In this document: positions 1 to 12,062 of the stretch, piece after piece
How the letters are laid out: every line of letters begins with the position of its first letter
Numbering within the stretch: the first letter of the stretch is position 1
DNA from: Tubiluchus corallicola
Lineage: Eukaryota; Animalia; Priapulida
Direction of reading: 5' to 3'
Length of the DNA stretch: 31,955 nt
Assembly (NCBI GenBank): GCA_030141605.1
Contig: JAQGDQ010001628.1
Coordinates: forward strand, 1-31,955
The notes under the pieces: model-generated
What the model was told of the DNA's origin: nothing
What the model saw: only the letters and a program-made list of their open reading frames with translations
Databases searched by the model: none
Program-made: the position numbers and the translations under genes

Positions 1-299
1 GAAAGTTCAAATGTGACTTAGGTAAGTCAAATGTAGACACAGGAAAGTTCAAATGTGACTTAGGTAAGTCAAATGTAGACACAGGAAAGTTCAAATGTGA
101 CTTAGGTAAGTCAAATGTAGACATAGGACATTTGACTTGCCAAAAATGCTTAAGATTTGTTGAAAACCATTGTTAACACATTTGAACTACCAAAGTCTAC
201 ATTTGAGTTACCAAGACACATTTGAATTACCTAACTCTGCATTTCACTTAACGTAGGTCTACATTTGACATGTAAAACCTATAGAACGGGTCTACAGTG
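1..299. repeat. 42-bp tandem repeat (about 3 copies) followed by inverted sub-repeats; probable right end of a non-autonomous DNA transposon
   Basis: GAAAGTTCAAATGTGACTTAGGTAAGTCAAATGTAGACACAG starts at 1, 43 and 85. Its core TCAAATGT reappears inverted (ACATTTGA) several times in 128-269. The tract ends in TACAGTG at 293-299, the reverse complement of a CACTGTA-type terminus. The left end is outside the window. Confidence 0.55.
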
Positions 300-548
300 T
301 GATGGTTATTTCCAAATATGCAATGATCGAATGGCCCAGCTATTCTAATGCATGTGGTATGGAAATGTTTCAAGAAACAAAAATGAAACATTGAAACAAC
401 AAAACTGGTTTACAACGTCATAGCGTCATTGATTTCTGTTTTTTTCACTGAAGTATTTCCCGCTTCTTGTTTAGTACAAATTATCGCCACTAGGACATTG
501 ACTTAGTAATTGCTTGTACCAAGCGGTACCTCATGAGGGTCACCTAGT

Positions 549-1429
549 CAGTAACTCACTGGTAGTCGCTCTGTAAACTCTCTGACTAGCCCACACTCAG
601 TAACTCACTGGTAGTCGCTCTGTAACCTCTCTGACTAGCTCACACTCAGTAACTCACTGGTAGTCGCTCTGTAAACTCTCTGACTAGCTCACACTCAGTA
701 ACTCACTGGTAGTCGCTCTGTAAACTCTCTGACTAGTTCACACTCAGTAACTCACTGGTAGTCGCTCTGTAAACTCTCTGACTAGTTCACACTCAGTAAC
801 TCACTGGTAGTCGCTCAGTAAACTCTCTGACTAGCTCACACTCAGTAACTCACTGGTAGTCGCTCTGTAAACTCTCTGACTAGCTCACACTCAGTAACTC
901 ACTGGTAGTCGCTCTGTAAACTCTCTGACTAGCTCACACTCAGTAACTCACTGGCATTCACTCAGTAAACTCTCTGACTAGCTCACACTCAGTAACTCAC
1001 TGGTAGTCGCTCTGTAAACTCTCTGACTAGCTCACACTCAGTAACTCATTGGTAGTCGCTCTGTAAACTCTCTGACTAGCTCACACTCAGTAACTCACTG
1101 GCAGTCACTCAGTAAACTCTCTGACTAGTTCACACTCAGTAACTCACTGGCGGTCACTGGCAGTCACTCAGTAAACTCTCTGACTAGCTCATACTCAGTA
1201 ACTCACTGCCAGTCACTCAGTAAACTCTCTGACTAGCTCACACTCAGTAACTCACTGGTAGTCGCTCTGTAAACTCTCTGACTAGCTCACACTCAGTAAC
1301 TCACTGGCAGTCACTCAGTAAACTCTCTGACTAGTTCACACTCAGTAACTCACTGGCAGTCACTCAGTAACTCTCTGACTAGCTCACACTCAGTAACTCA
1401 CTGGCAGTCACTCAGTAACTCTCTGACTC
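549..1429. repeat. 49-bp minisatellite, about 18 copies, in GPATCH4 intron 2
   Basis: Unit CAGTAACTCACTGGTAGTCGCTCTGTAAACTCTCTGACTAGCTCACACT starts at 549, 598 and onward. Copies are contiguous with no unique spacers. A GGCAGTCACTCAG variant predominates at the right end. Confidence 0.97.
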
Positions 1430-1476
1430 AAGGTGTACCGTGTCGTATTGGGAGGTTGCTATCATGATATGCCTAC

Positions 1477-1643
1477 CTTGCCTTCCGTAACTGAAATGTT
1501 ATCAGCTGTAGTATTGTACAAATGTTCCCACCACTGGTTACTGAACTGAGCACCTGACACATGTCCAACTCCAGCTGAATCCATCTTCAGCTTTACCTTT
1601 ATTGCTTCTTTTATACCCGTTTCGTTTTTTCCCAGGCCTTGTC
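1477..1643 (-). CDS. GPATCH4: GPATCH4-like G-patch protein, coding exon 2
   Basis: Minus strand acceptor tcactag|GA at 1643 and donor AAG|gtaggc at 1477; 167 nt. Encodes (G)QGLGKNETGIKEAIKVKLKMDSAGVGHVSGAQFSNQWWEHLYNTTADNISVTEGK: a G-patch followed by the F-x-N-x-WW-x-x-L-[FY]-N motif characteristic of GPATCH4. Confidence 0.9.
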
Positions 1644-2259
1644 CTAGTGAATAAATAAGAAACATGCAATCTTCCATTCAACAACAATAATTACTCTTAC
1701 ATGGGCTAAAACTGGATCTTTTTCACACTAACCAAACCATAATCGTAACCAGGAATGTTGTGTGGCAAAAGAGTGGTATTTAATCAAGTTATCCTAATTT
1801 TACATACTATTAACAAATAATAGTCTTTCTATCTTTTATATCATCTCATATATGAGTTTCATTCATTACATCATTCCATTCTGTAGCACTAAATGTTTTT
1901 TTATCACGATTCAGTTCAAATTTTCAGATTATTTCCATTACTTTTTTTTCTGTCACTGTGTGGGACAATCTAACAAGCCCTGCTTTTTGACTGCCTGCAA
2001 CACATTTACCTTCGTATATAGGTGAACAGTGTTTGAGGCTTTTCCTGTGCAGTATTTCTTATTTGTATTACGTTCATTGTAGGCCCTTTCACTAGATATT
2101 GTATATGAAACTATTGTAAATGTGTAATGTGAAATAAATGACTTATAACGGTTTGCCGATAATCGCACTTTCAGTTGTGTTTCCTTTTTGTCAAAAATGA
2201 TCGAGTTTCCCAGCCAAATTTCCCGTATTAAATTATTAAAAACGGCTTTCTGACCAGAA

Positions 2260-3298
2260 GCACAAATACGGTCATTAATGCTGGATTGAGGAGAATAATT
2301 TTTAGGCATAAATGTGGTCATTAATGCTGGATTGAGGATAATTTTTAGGCACAAATGTGGTCATTAATGCTGGATTGAAGAGAATTTTTAGGCACAAATG
2401 TGGTCATTAATGCTGGATTGAGGAGAATTTTTAGGCACAAATGCGGTCATTAATGCTGGATTGAAGAGAATTTTTAGGCACAAATGCGGTCATTAATGCT
2501 GGATTGAAGAGAATTTTTAGGCACAAATGTGGTCATTAATGCTGGATTGAAGAGAATTTTTAGGCACAAATGTGGTCATTAATGCTGGATTGAGGAGAAT
2601 TTTTAGGCACAAATGCGGTCATTAATGCTGGATTGAAGAGAATTTTTAGGCACAAATGCGGTCATTAATGCTGGATTGAAGAGAATTTTTAGGCACAAAT
2701 GCGGTCATTAATGCTGGATTGAGGAGAATAATTTTTAGGCATAAATGTGGTCATTAATGCTGGATTGAGGAGAATTTTTAGGCACAAATACGGTCATTAA
2801 TGCTGGATTGAAGAGAACTTTTAGGCACAAATGTGGTCATTAATGCTGGATTGAGGAGAATTTTTAGGCACAAATGCGGTCATTAATGCTGGATTGAGGA
2901 GAATAATTTTTAAGCATAAATGTGGTCATTAATGCTGGATTGAGGAGAATTTTTAGGCACAAATACGGTCATTAATGCTGGATTGAAGAGAATTTTTAGG
3001 CACAAATGTGGTCATTAATGCTGGATTGAGGAGAATTTTTAGGCACAAATACGGTCATTAATGCTGGATTGAAGAGAATTTTTAGGCACAAATGTGGTCA
3101 TTAACGCTGGATTGAGGAGAATTTTTAGGCACAAATACGGTCATTAATGCTGGATTGAGGAGAATTTTTAGGCACAAATGTGGTCATTAATGCTGGATTG
3201 AAGAGAATTTTTAGGCACAAATGTGGTCATTAATGCTGGATTGAGGAGAATTTTTAGGCGCAAATGTGGTCATTAATGCTGGATTGAAGAGAATTTTT
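2260..3298. repeat. 43-bp minisatellite, 24 copies, in GPATCH4 intron 1
   Basis: Unit GGCACAAATGTGGTCATTAATGCTGGATTGARGAGAATTTTTA (e.g. starts at 2348 and 2391). Three units are 46 bp because of an extra AAT. No spacers. Confidence 0.97.
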
Positions 3299-3559
3299 TT
3301 TATTTTTTGCCAGTGCTAGACAAAATACTCAAATGTTCACAAATTCTTACTTTAAAGTGGCTGGAGGTTTTGCCACAGGAAACAGCATTGCAGCTGTTGC
3401 ACGGCAGGGTGCAGCACTGGCAAAGACTGCAGCTCCTATCAAGTCAAAAACAAGATCTGCCATATTGTGAAACAACTTTTCCCACCATATTCAGTTTTGC
3501 ATTCTGTTAAAATATGGCAATAATTTAGTCCTCTTCTTCCCATTTAGTTTATTTTGCTT

Positions 3560-4090
3560 TTTAGTTTTATTATTATTATCACATTCAGTACAATATAATG
3601 ACATTAAGCACACAGTGACCTCAAAATTATTACATCTACTATATTAAATTCTTATGTTTCATACACTATCGTTATCATAAAAGAATAATTGTACTGCAGT
3701 GGGCTAGAGAAGCAAAGGCTTGTATAAGCCCACTGTCATGTGAACCCGATAAAAAAAGAATGGATGAGTGAACAAAAAAAAGAACTGGGAGAAAGGTTAG
3801 ATCACACAGGAGGAGTAAAAGGATGTGTTAGTGGAAATGGTAGGAAGAAAGATAATAGATTGTGCTATGTTGACATCAGCTGTAAAGATTATTCAATGAT
3901 GCCTTGTTTCGCATAATCTGTACCAGGATTGTGGTACGACTGCTGCAGTAAGTGCAGGAAATTAGCAAGTGTTGTTCTTGTTGAGAATCATTGCTCTGTA
4001 TTTCTTTTCAAATTTTTGAATTGGCTGAACAGTTTTTAATTCATCATTTATGTCATTCCAAAGCCTTGAAGCTTGAACCTTGAATTCCAT
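3560..4090 (-). mobile_element. Degraded 3' end of an L2/CR1-group LINE
   Basis: Minus strand near 4000-4085 reads FKVQASRLWNDIK then (frameshifted) ELKTVQPIQKFEKKY, resembling the 'LWNxLPxxLK...FKxxLK' ORF2 terminus. There is a 9-bp stem CAGTGGGCT/AGCCCACTG at 3697-3735 and an (AAT)n-like tail near 3567-3578. Confidence 0.45.
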
Positions 4091-4214
4091 TTAAAGACAA
4101 AATACCCACTCTTACTGTCTGGTATTATTTAAAGATTTCAGTGTAGCAGCTCCAATGCTGCGTACCATGGCAAAACATCTAAACTAAACCCTGTTACGGT
4201 ATGATTTTTTTTGG

Positions 4215-4266
4215 CATTTCCCTATAGATTTTACAGTCATCCGCAAAACACTTGGCTTTTGCTTAC
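4215..4266 (-). mobile_element. Short CR1-type reverse transcriptase fragment (catalytic FADD motif)
   Basis: Minus strand translates VSKAKCFADDCKIYREM, matching the CR1 consensus 'S...FADDTKIY'. Confidence 0.55.
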
Positions 4267-4599
4267 CATTGCTTTTTCTTCATCATTTTCCTGCATGTTT
4301 AGATATTTTGGATTGGATTTTCATCCTTCAGTTATTTAAAGTTGATTAGTGAATTTTAAACAGATCAAGTAGCTAAGTAAAATAGTAATAATGTAATTTC
4401 ATTACTATTCCTAAGTGAAATAGCTACAGTGTCATCCCGATAATCACATACATCCATTGAAGGATGGCTTGACTAGTTGACCTTCTTGGTCTTTCGCCAT
4501 CCTATTTCCATTGTGATAATTAAATACATTTACTTGCCTCAGTTATATCATGAATATGGAAATAAATGCACGTTTTGAATTGAATTGAATTGAACGTGG

Positions 4600-5345
4600 T
4601 TGTACTCGCAATGCAATCACTCTACTTACACCGAATCTGTGCATGGGCTGATAAATGGCAGATGGAAATTAACACACTTGATGGTAAATGTAAGGTGATG
4701 CATGTGGGTAATCAGACCAATCGAGCCACATCCAGCTTTGGTGATGCCAAGTTGCCCGTAGTCGCTGAGGAGGTGAATGAACAAATGAATGAAATGGATC
4801 TTGGACTGTTAGTAGATAGCAAACAAAATTTTCCAAGTCATGTCTCTAAGAAAATTATTAACAGTATCAGAGTCTTTGGATTAAATAGCAGAACCATAAC
4901 TTCCAGAAGAGCTGAGATAACTCTTCCGCTGTGTAAATCTCTTGTTCATCCTCATCTCGAATACGTCAGTCAGGGACCCTTACTACCTCAAGGACATCCG
5001 TGCTCTGGAAAAGGTACAAGCACGAGCTGTGGACATGATGATAGGTCTTGAAGGGCTCTCATATTCAAAAAAACTGCAAAACTTAGACTTGTATCGACTT
5101 TCTACAAGAAAACGTAGGGGGAGACATTGAAGATTCTTAAGGGATTTACTGGCATCAATGCAAACCAGTTTTTTACACTCAACAGAAGCATTACACGTGG
5201 GCATGGTGTTAAATTGTACAAGCATATGGTTAATACCGAACTGTGGAACTAGTTACCGGGAATCATTGACGAGCTCAAATGATGTAAATAATTACAAACA
5301 TAAACTTGATTCAGAACTATGTGCGAGAAACTTCCTATTATAATA
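4600..5345 (+). mobile_element. 5'-truncated, frameshifted CR1-clade LINE ORF2 (post-RT C-terminal region)
   Basis: Motifs WADKWQM..KCKVMHVG, DLGLLVDS, LPLCKSLVHPHLEY, PYYLKDIRALEKVQARA and LSYSKKLQNLDL..RKRRG are spread over the overlapping ORFs 4590-5051 and 4942-5130. It lies antisense within GPATCH4 intron 1. Confidence 0.88.
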
Positions 5346-5576
5346 CCAATTTGGTACATTAGGAGGAGAATGAACCAACAACAATTAACTGGTCAAGGGT
5401 GTGTTTTGTCTGCTACCCAGTGGATGAGATTGGTGCAAGAGACGGAAATCTGGGTTTATTCACCACGAAGGTTACTATCGTAATTTAATTATTATGATAA
5501 TACCGTACCATCTAAATGTACGTAGCTATTTGCTGTTTACTTTTCTTTCTAAAATATTTTCACTATTAAAAATTAC

Positions 5577-5637
5577 CTTCTCTCCAGCCACATTTCTCTA
5601 AAATTCCACGTGCAAAGCCTGTAACAACAGACGCCAT
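5577..5637 (-). CDS. GPATCH4: GPATCH4-like G-patch protein, coding exon 1 (not in ORF track)
   Basis: ATG at 5637; encodes MASVVTGFARGILEKCGWRE plus G, with donor G|gtaatt. The phase-1 junction to 1643 restores GWREGQGLGK, the canonical G-patch core. Confidence 0.9.
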
Positions 5638-5873
5638 ATTTCTCACCCATAAGTGCAAAATCCTCAACACGACACGCAGAAAAATAAGAAACTGAGACCA
5701 TAGATTTAGTGATTTATTTATGATGAACCAATGATCAATCACACCTCAAGGAGACTGCCTAAATTCTGTTCTCTTCACTTTCTATAACATTAAAGGTGTA
5801 GCGTAGTATACCCAATAAAGAACTTTGTGAGCCAAATTAAACAAATCTGTTATCGAGCAAAACTACTAACTGG

Positions 5874-6221
5874 TAGGGGTGAGCATCGAACGTTCGAATT
5901 CGAACGCTCGAATTCGATTCGAACGAGTTTTTTCAGTTCAAACTCGATTCGAATCCAAAACTATAAAATCGAATAATTCAGCACTTCAATCACATATGTT
6001 CCTGATCATTAAAACGATTGAAACATCATGCAATTTGGGTAATTTAGCTATGATTTCTGCACACAATTTTAAAGAAATTACTAGTCGTTTTATTGCAGAA
6101 CAAAATTGAGTGATATGTATGATCTTTGTAAGACTAATTTTTACTGGTGGTTCGAAAACTTGTTCGAAAATCTTTCAATCTCAATTCGAATTCGCTTTCT
6201 GGTAGAGAATGCTCACCCCTA
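5874..6221. mobile_element. hAT-type MITE, 348 bp
   Basis: Perfect 13-bp terminal inverted repeats TAGGGGTGAGCAT / ATGCTCACCCCTA. Perfect 8-bp target duplication CTAACTGG at 5866-5873 and 6222-6229. Clustered subterminal TTCGAA motifs at both ends; no transposase. Confidence 0.93.
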
Positions 6222-7499
6222 CTAACTGGAACAGAATTAGAAAACAGTTATGCCAATAAAACGAAATTATCCTGCAACCAAAAGCCTGCATCATACAGAT
6301 GGTATTGCATCGATAGCAAGAACCAAAGATGAAATAGATAATATTTAGATCAAAATAGAAATAAAGTTAAAAGAATCTCACAAACCAAATAAAGATAAAA
6401 TAGGAGAGTTACACAGTGGCAAGCATTTCATGCATCCTACGCATGCACCCATGCTTTCTATATTCCAAAAAATAATTACGATGTAATTAGCACTTGTAAA
6501 TATTCCTAATAATTAACTATTATTGCTAATATTTATTAACACTTTGCGCCCGTATTGTGTTGTAATGCTGGTAGGCTATAGGTTTTGCGAAGCCATTACA
6601 CCATACACAAGTTGTCGTCATCATTTCGGTGCTGCTATGTTCTAAGAAAACATGGCATGTCCTACCTGTTAATATCACATATTCCTGTCCACTGCTATCG
6701 CCCACGTTGCATCACCCCTCAAATCTAGAGCTGTATTTGTTAAATCTTTTTGCTGTAAAACTGTTATAACTGCACTTTTCCTATTGGTTTTTTTGTCGTT
6801 TCAAGAACTTTATGTAATGCTATGCGAAGAGAAGATTCTTCGGGTAATCTTAGTGTATGCCCAATTTAATGCAATCTTCTTACTTTTATTTGTTTAATCC
6901 AAGGATTCTTCTTGACCACATTATACAGATCATTATCGGGTATTCTGTCACCTCACTTTCAGATAATTGGATCACTTATGGTTTTTTAAAATCAGTTAAT
7001 CAAAATTAAGAAACTGTATCAATTTACTTTGAAATAAAAAGTTCCACTTGTACTTACCTGTTGTAAAACGTATCATAATGAAATAAACAAACTTATAATA
7101 ACTTCTAAAAATACTTACTAAAAAATAAAAAATATTATTGTAGTTATAAAGGTATTTCTTAACGATTTTTAATGCTGTGACTGACTTCGCATATGAAACA
7201 TTTACATTGGTTCTTTTTATAGACCTGTAGCCATTCACCTAGTACCGTTATAAGATTTCAAATGTTTACGTATGTATTGTTCCAATTTTTTACGCACTAA
7301 TAAATACAGTTTAAACCGAAAATAAATCAGAGTTCGTTTCTAGCAACATAAAATGGTGATAATGGCTAGACTAATTAGACAACTACTTTGCTCATGCTAT
7401 AGGTAAATGCTGGAGTTCACACCGGACTGGATTCTTGCTGACAAGTATCTGTCTATATCTGACAATTGGAATTGACTGTTTAATGTTACGTTAAAGTGG

Positions 7500-7757
7500 A
7501 GAAGTTTTACTCATCTGAAAATTTTGTTAGGCAAGGAAGTTTTACTCATCTGAAAATTGTGTTTAGGCACAGAAGTTTCACTCATCTGAAAATTTTGTTA
7601 CGCAAGGAAGTTTTACTCATCTGAAAATTGTGTTTAGGCACAGAAGTTTTACTCATCTGAAAATTGTGTTTAGGCACAGAAGTTTTACTCATCTAAAAAT
7701 TGTGTTTAGGCACAGAAGTTTTACTCATCTGAAAATTGTGTTTAGGCACAGAGGTTT
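7500..7757. repeat. About 36-bp minisatellite, about 7 copies
   Basis: Unit AGAAGTTTTACTCATCTGAAAATTGTGTTTAGGCAC. It explains the repetitive ORF 7630-7818. Confidence 0.95.
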
Positions 7758-9169
7758 TAAAAAAATTTGTAGCATCCTGAACCCAATTACAAAGTCCAGA
7801 GAAAGTCTCACCACATGAATATTAATATGAAAATAGTTTGTAGTCATGGAGTTAGTAATAATATTGAGCATTTCATTATAGTAGTCGTTTTGTCAAGGTA
7901 TAGAAATGTTCATTGTTCAACAAGTAGATAAAGTGTGAACGTATAGTTTATTCAAGTACACAAATATCCATAGTATTAACTTCAAGGAATGAACAACTAA
8001 AGCAAGAGCAAATACACATAGTTAAAGCACAAGCCATAACGTATCTGTAAAAGTTAGAGGAATGTAACCTGATCCAGAGGTGTGCCAGTGTTTATGGCAG
8101 AACAGATGTGTTTACTTTTATGTTGTTCCTATTTCACATAGCGGTTCAGTGCAAAGTAACATTATATTGCATACGGATGGTTTTTTATATTTCTAGCTTG
8201 TAAGTAGTTAATTATGCAACATTAATTTTAAAAAAATTCATAAAAATAAATTATTAAAAAAAAATTATAAAATTTTCGTGCTTAATCCTATTACTTTATC
8301 TTCGGCGTGTATAATTTTCTTACGTTTCTGTTTTAAATTAAAAACTCATGGTAACATTACAGTTCAATCCAGAGTTCAGAGTTATGACTGTTGTTTCTGG
8401 GCCTTTGTAGTCATCAACTCAATCATTATAATTTTTTCGACTTACTGTATGAAATGTGTCGTTGAATTACTAACTGCTTTTGTTGCTTCTTATCAAGTGT
8501 TGGCAGCCTAGTTACCAGTCCTAGTTTGCTAAAAGCCAAAAGTTCGGTGCAACGATCATGTTGACCCTTGTAATATTTTCACCATTTATTTCCGTAATGT
8601 TTTGCTTTGCGATGGATCATGATTACATCAAATCTAAATTGTATTTATTTAACCTCATTAGCTGTGTTATCTATAAGTCATTAAATAAACATCAGTAGGA
8701 ATCAAATAATATCTGTTTAAACAAAAGCAGCATTTATTAAACATTGAAGCACACAAAGAATATTTTACTCTGCTTTTTATATTTAAATACTTTAACAACA
8801 TCAGCAAACCATCCCATTAGGTCCTAAGACAACTATATTAAGGTTTTCGGGCAGAAGTATTTCGTTTAATTTATCAAACATAACTACCCTAGCTAGTTGA
8901 TACAATGGGCAGTGCAACAAAAAGTGTTCAACAGACTCAAATCGAAATCCACAGTTACAAATCGGCAATACTGGATGACCGTTATTATCTTTACATCAAA
9001 ATAAGTTACTAGAAGGGTTACTATAATCCCAGTTGGAGAGGACTACAGTATTATCGTCATCATCATCATGACTTCTCTATCCCTCCCTTTACTTATAGAC
9101 TAAAAGCTTGGCGCGCTAATGCATTAAAGTAATTAAACCGTATCGCTTACGATCAGATTTACCTTTTTT

Positions 9170-9668
9170 CCAAATCCTATGGTTAATTCCAGAACAAGCG
9201 ATCTAAAACAAATTAGGACAAATACCCACTATGGAACGAACTCTGTAATCAAACAAGCAATTTTACTTTGGAATTCTCTACCATTACAGGTTAAACAAAT
9301 CAATTCCCTATCAGCATTTAAAACAAAATTAAAATCACTAATATTAACCAGAGATATGAAATACCATCACACCAGTACGACAACATACACCCTAACATAC
9401 ATTCAGAATTTATATATCCACGGCCATATTAATTAAATCTTAGTTTTTTCATTTTTTTGTGCATAGTTGTAAATATGTTTGATTTTATTCGTCGTTACTT
9501 TCCATTACTGCACAGTAGTTTAGATTGCACTGACGCATTTGCCTTTAGCAGTGTAAGTTTTTATTAACTAACACTGATTGATCATCTCTGTAAAGTTTTT
9601 ATCAGTGATTATCAATGTATTTTAATGGCAAATAAAGATTATTATATATATATATATATATATATATA
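9170..9668 (+). mobile_element. 3' remnant of an L2/CR1-group LINE with 3' UTR and tail
   Basis: RTNTHYGTNSVIKQAILLWNSLPLQVKQINSLSAFKTKLKSLIL is the typical ORF2 C-terminus. It is followed by AATAAA at about 9631 and a (TA)n tail to about 9667. Confidence 0.75.
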
Positions 9669-10567
9669 CAAGGTTTTAAGTAGGTCTCCAATCATCAGCT
9701 CAAGATAAGTTTCTTTTGAATTATACGTCTATAAAAAAGGAAAATTCTATTAAAACATATATAGTGAGCAATTGATGTATGTTTCAACAAAGCAAATAAA
9801 ATTATACCCAGACTTCTCTAATACGTCAAACGAAAACAAATTATTAATATTTTTTCTAGTAAGTAATTATGTCGAAATTGCAGCTTTCGTTTGCAAATTT
9901 ATATTTGAGTAATTTACCAATAGAAACCTAAATTAACGTAACCATAATTTTTATACTTTGAACAAAATAATAAATTTATAATACTAAAATGTTAGCTATG
10001 CTGTCCAGGAATAATTGTAAGTATTTATTATCAACCTAAATTACTGTGTCTTCACAATCTACTTTAAATTTAGTTGTTACTTTATTGTATTGTTTTTATT
10101 CTAAGGTAATATTATTATGGCTATTCAAGCATCTCATTACATGTTACTATGCTTTTGGATGTGAATTGTTATGTTTCTGTGCGTCAATAAACCTTAATCT
10201 TATCTTAAACGTGCAGCAAACAGAGTACAGAGACCTTCTGTAAACACTGTCACTGTTTAAGAAAGGTTAAGTTACATAAAAGCATCTTACGTAAGGTCTT
10301 TTCTTAGCCTTTGTAAGCTATTGAACGTGTTTATCACCCTTAATCAATTAATTTAAACGTTGTGAAAGTATACATATTTAAACAATATAAAATTATATGT
10401 GTAACCACTATATGTTAACTTATACGTGTATGTTTAAGTACGAGAAAACGTTTAGTGCTAAAAGCTCCTAAACTGTATGGTAAGTTAAAGTAACATAAGG
10501 TAAGTTTTTGAATTGCCTTTTTAAATTAATAATCAGTGTAATTTCTGCATAACTTTGTTTAAGTGAA

Positions 10568-10805
10568 AAATAATGTGCAACAATATGCAGTTTTTAAAAT
10601 TTTCATTGTAGCTGTGTTGTTCAGAATTTAATTTGACAGTTCAAAAGTGTATATACATATATTGAATATATATATATTATATTTGTATTTATATAAATAT
10701 ATATTTATAAATTCATATTTATACACTTTTGAACTATCAAATTAAATTCTGAACAACACAGCCACAATGAAAATTTTAGAAACTGCATATTGTTGCACAT
10801 TATTT
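10568..10805. repeat. Long inverted repeat (foldback): 86-bp arms with AT-rich spacer
   Basis: 10568-10653 is the reverse complement of 10720-10805, with 3 mismatches counted by eye. Confidence 0.92.
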
Positions 10806-11168
10806 ATTTATATATATATATATTTACTCTCAACATAATGTGGTAATATGCATGTTTATACTGTGATTTTTTAAAACCTAAGACTTACTATAATGTACCC
10901 GCATTTTTGACAGTCGTCAGAACCTTGTTAAAATTTTGATATTTAATTATAGTTTCAGCACTGATAAAAGACAGTTTACAAAAAAAGAATGGCCTGGTAG
11001 TTTAAATCCAAATTGAATTCCAAAATTTTGAAATTTTCCTGTCTTTTCAGTTTGTTATCAAATTGTGATTAGTCATGGGATTGTGTCATTATAAAAAATT
11101 TTAATTTTTACTAAATCTGGTGTACATGTATTTGCACGAAAAAATAAGGCTTCCATATCTACTGAAAT

Positions 11169-11289
11169 GTAAGGTAAGGTAAGATAAGGAAAGATGAAGT
11201 GAAATAAGGTGAGGTGAGGAAACATGAGGGACAGAGGCAGGCGGGGAGGTGAGGTGAGGTGAGGTAAGGTAAGGTAAGTTAATGTAAGT
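11169..11289 (+). repeat. (GGTRA)n pentanucleotide microsatellite resembling tandem 5' splice donors
   Basis: GTAAGGTAAGGTAAG...GGTGAGGTGAGGTGAGGTAAGGTAAGGTAAGT. Confidence 0.75.
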
Positions 11290-12062
11290 TTAAAAATTGT
11301 CTTTCCAGTTTATTGGTAATCAGTGTAGTTTCTGTGTAACTGTGCTTAAATAAATAATGTTAAGTTTTGTTTTATTACGTAGTCCCTGATATAGCCCTGA
11401 TTAGGATCACGAATTGTATTCACAAGAAATGCATTGAAAGACGATTGTAGAAAAAGTAGATTTTCGATTTATTTTTATTTCTTCCATGTTTAGTGCCATA
11501 GGATATAGTCTTTAAACTGTTTACGTCATAAGAAATATCTTGGATTTTCACAATTAAACTACGATTTAAGTCTTCATAGTTGTAATTTTATTAATGGTAA
11601 CTCAGTTCCAAAAACTTGTGCTTTTGGCTTTTATATTAAAACTATTGAATATTATTTACCCACTGCCCGTGGCATGTTGCTGTTAGATATCGTATTTTGT
11701 TATCAACGTGAAATGTAATTCTCAAATGTAGACCTTGGAAATTTTGAAAAATCAGACACAGCAATATCACAATGAATTGTAGAATATGCTGTTGTGAGTA
11801 ATTATAACAGAGAAACTAAGCATTTTAACTTAAGCTAAATTGAGCATGACAAAGCAAGTTATTAATTCATTCGTTTGTCTCATAGCTATTAGAAAGTCTC
11901 TTATAAAGTCTCTAAGTAGATTAATGACGAAAAACATTTGTTTCTGGTCTTAGAATATAATTATAATATTGAAATCACAAGTTATTCTTTTTATTATTTT
12001 AGCTATCAATACGCTTGATGTCATCTTAATGAGATATTATAAAACCTGCTTGAATTTTCAAA

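Noticed and set aside
1953-2354. 133-aa minus-strand ORF and other short ORF-track entries (3307, 5879, 6147, 6996, 7630, 8278, 10046, 15166, 17012)
   Set aside because: They start within repeats or AT-rich intron/intergenic sequence, often from non-ATG codons, with no motifs or coherent splice signals.
549-3298. Regular 36-54-bp repeats as CRISPR arrays (also 7500-7757 and 16037-16466)
   Set aside because: Units are contiguous with no unique spacers, no cas genes are present, and the context is spliceosomal-intron eukaryotic DNA.
4138-4286. Candidate C/D snoRNA in GPATCH4 intron (ATGATGA...CTGA on minus strand, 10-nt complement to 18S CAGCTCCAAT)
   Set aside because: The match is not adjacent to the D box, a 10-mer is expected by chance, there is no terminal stem, and the region overlaps a CR1 RT fragment.
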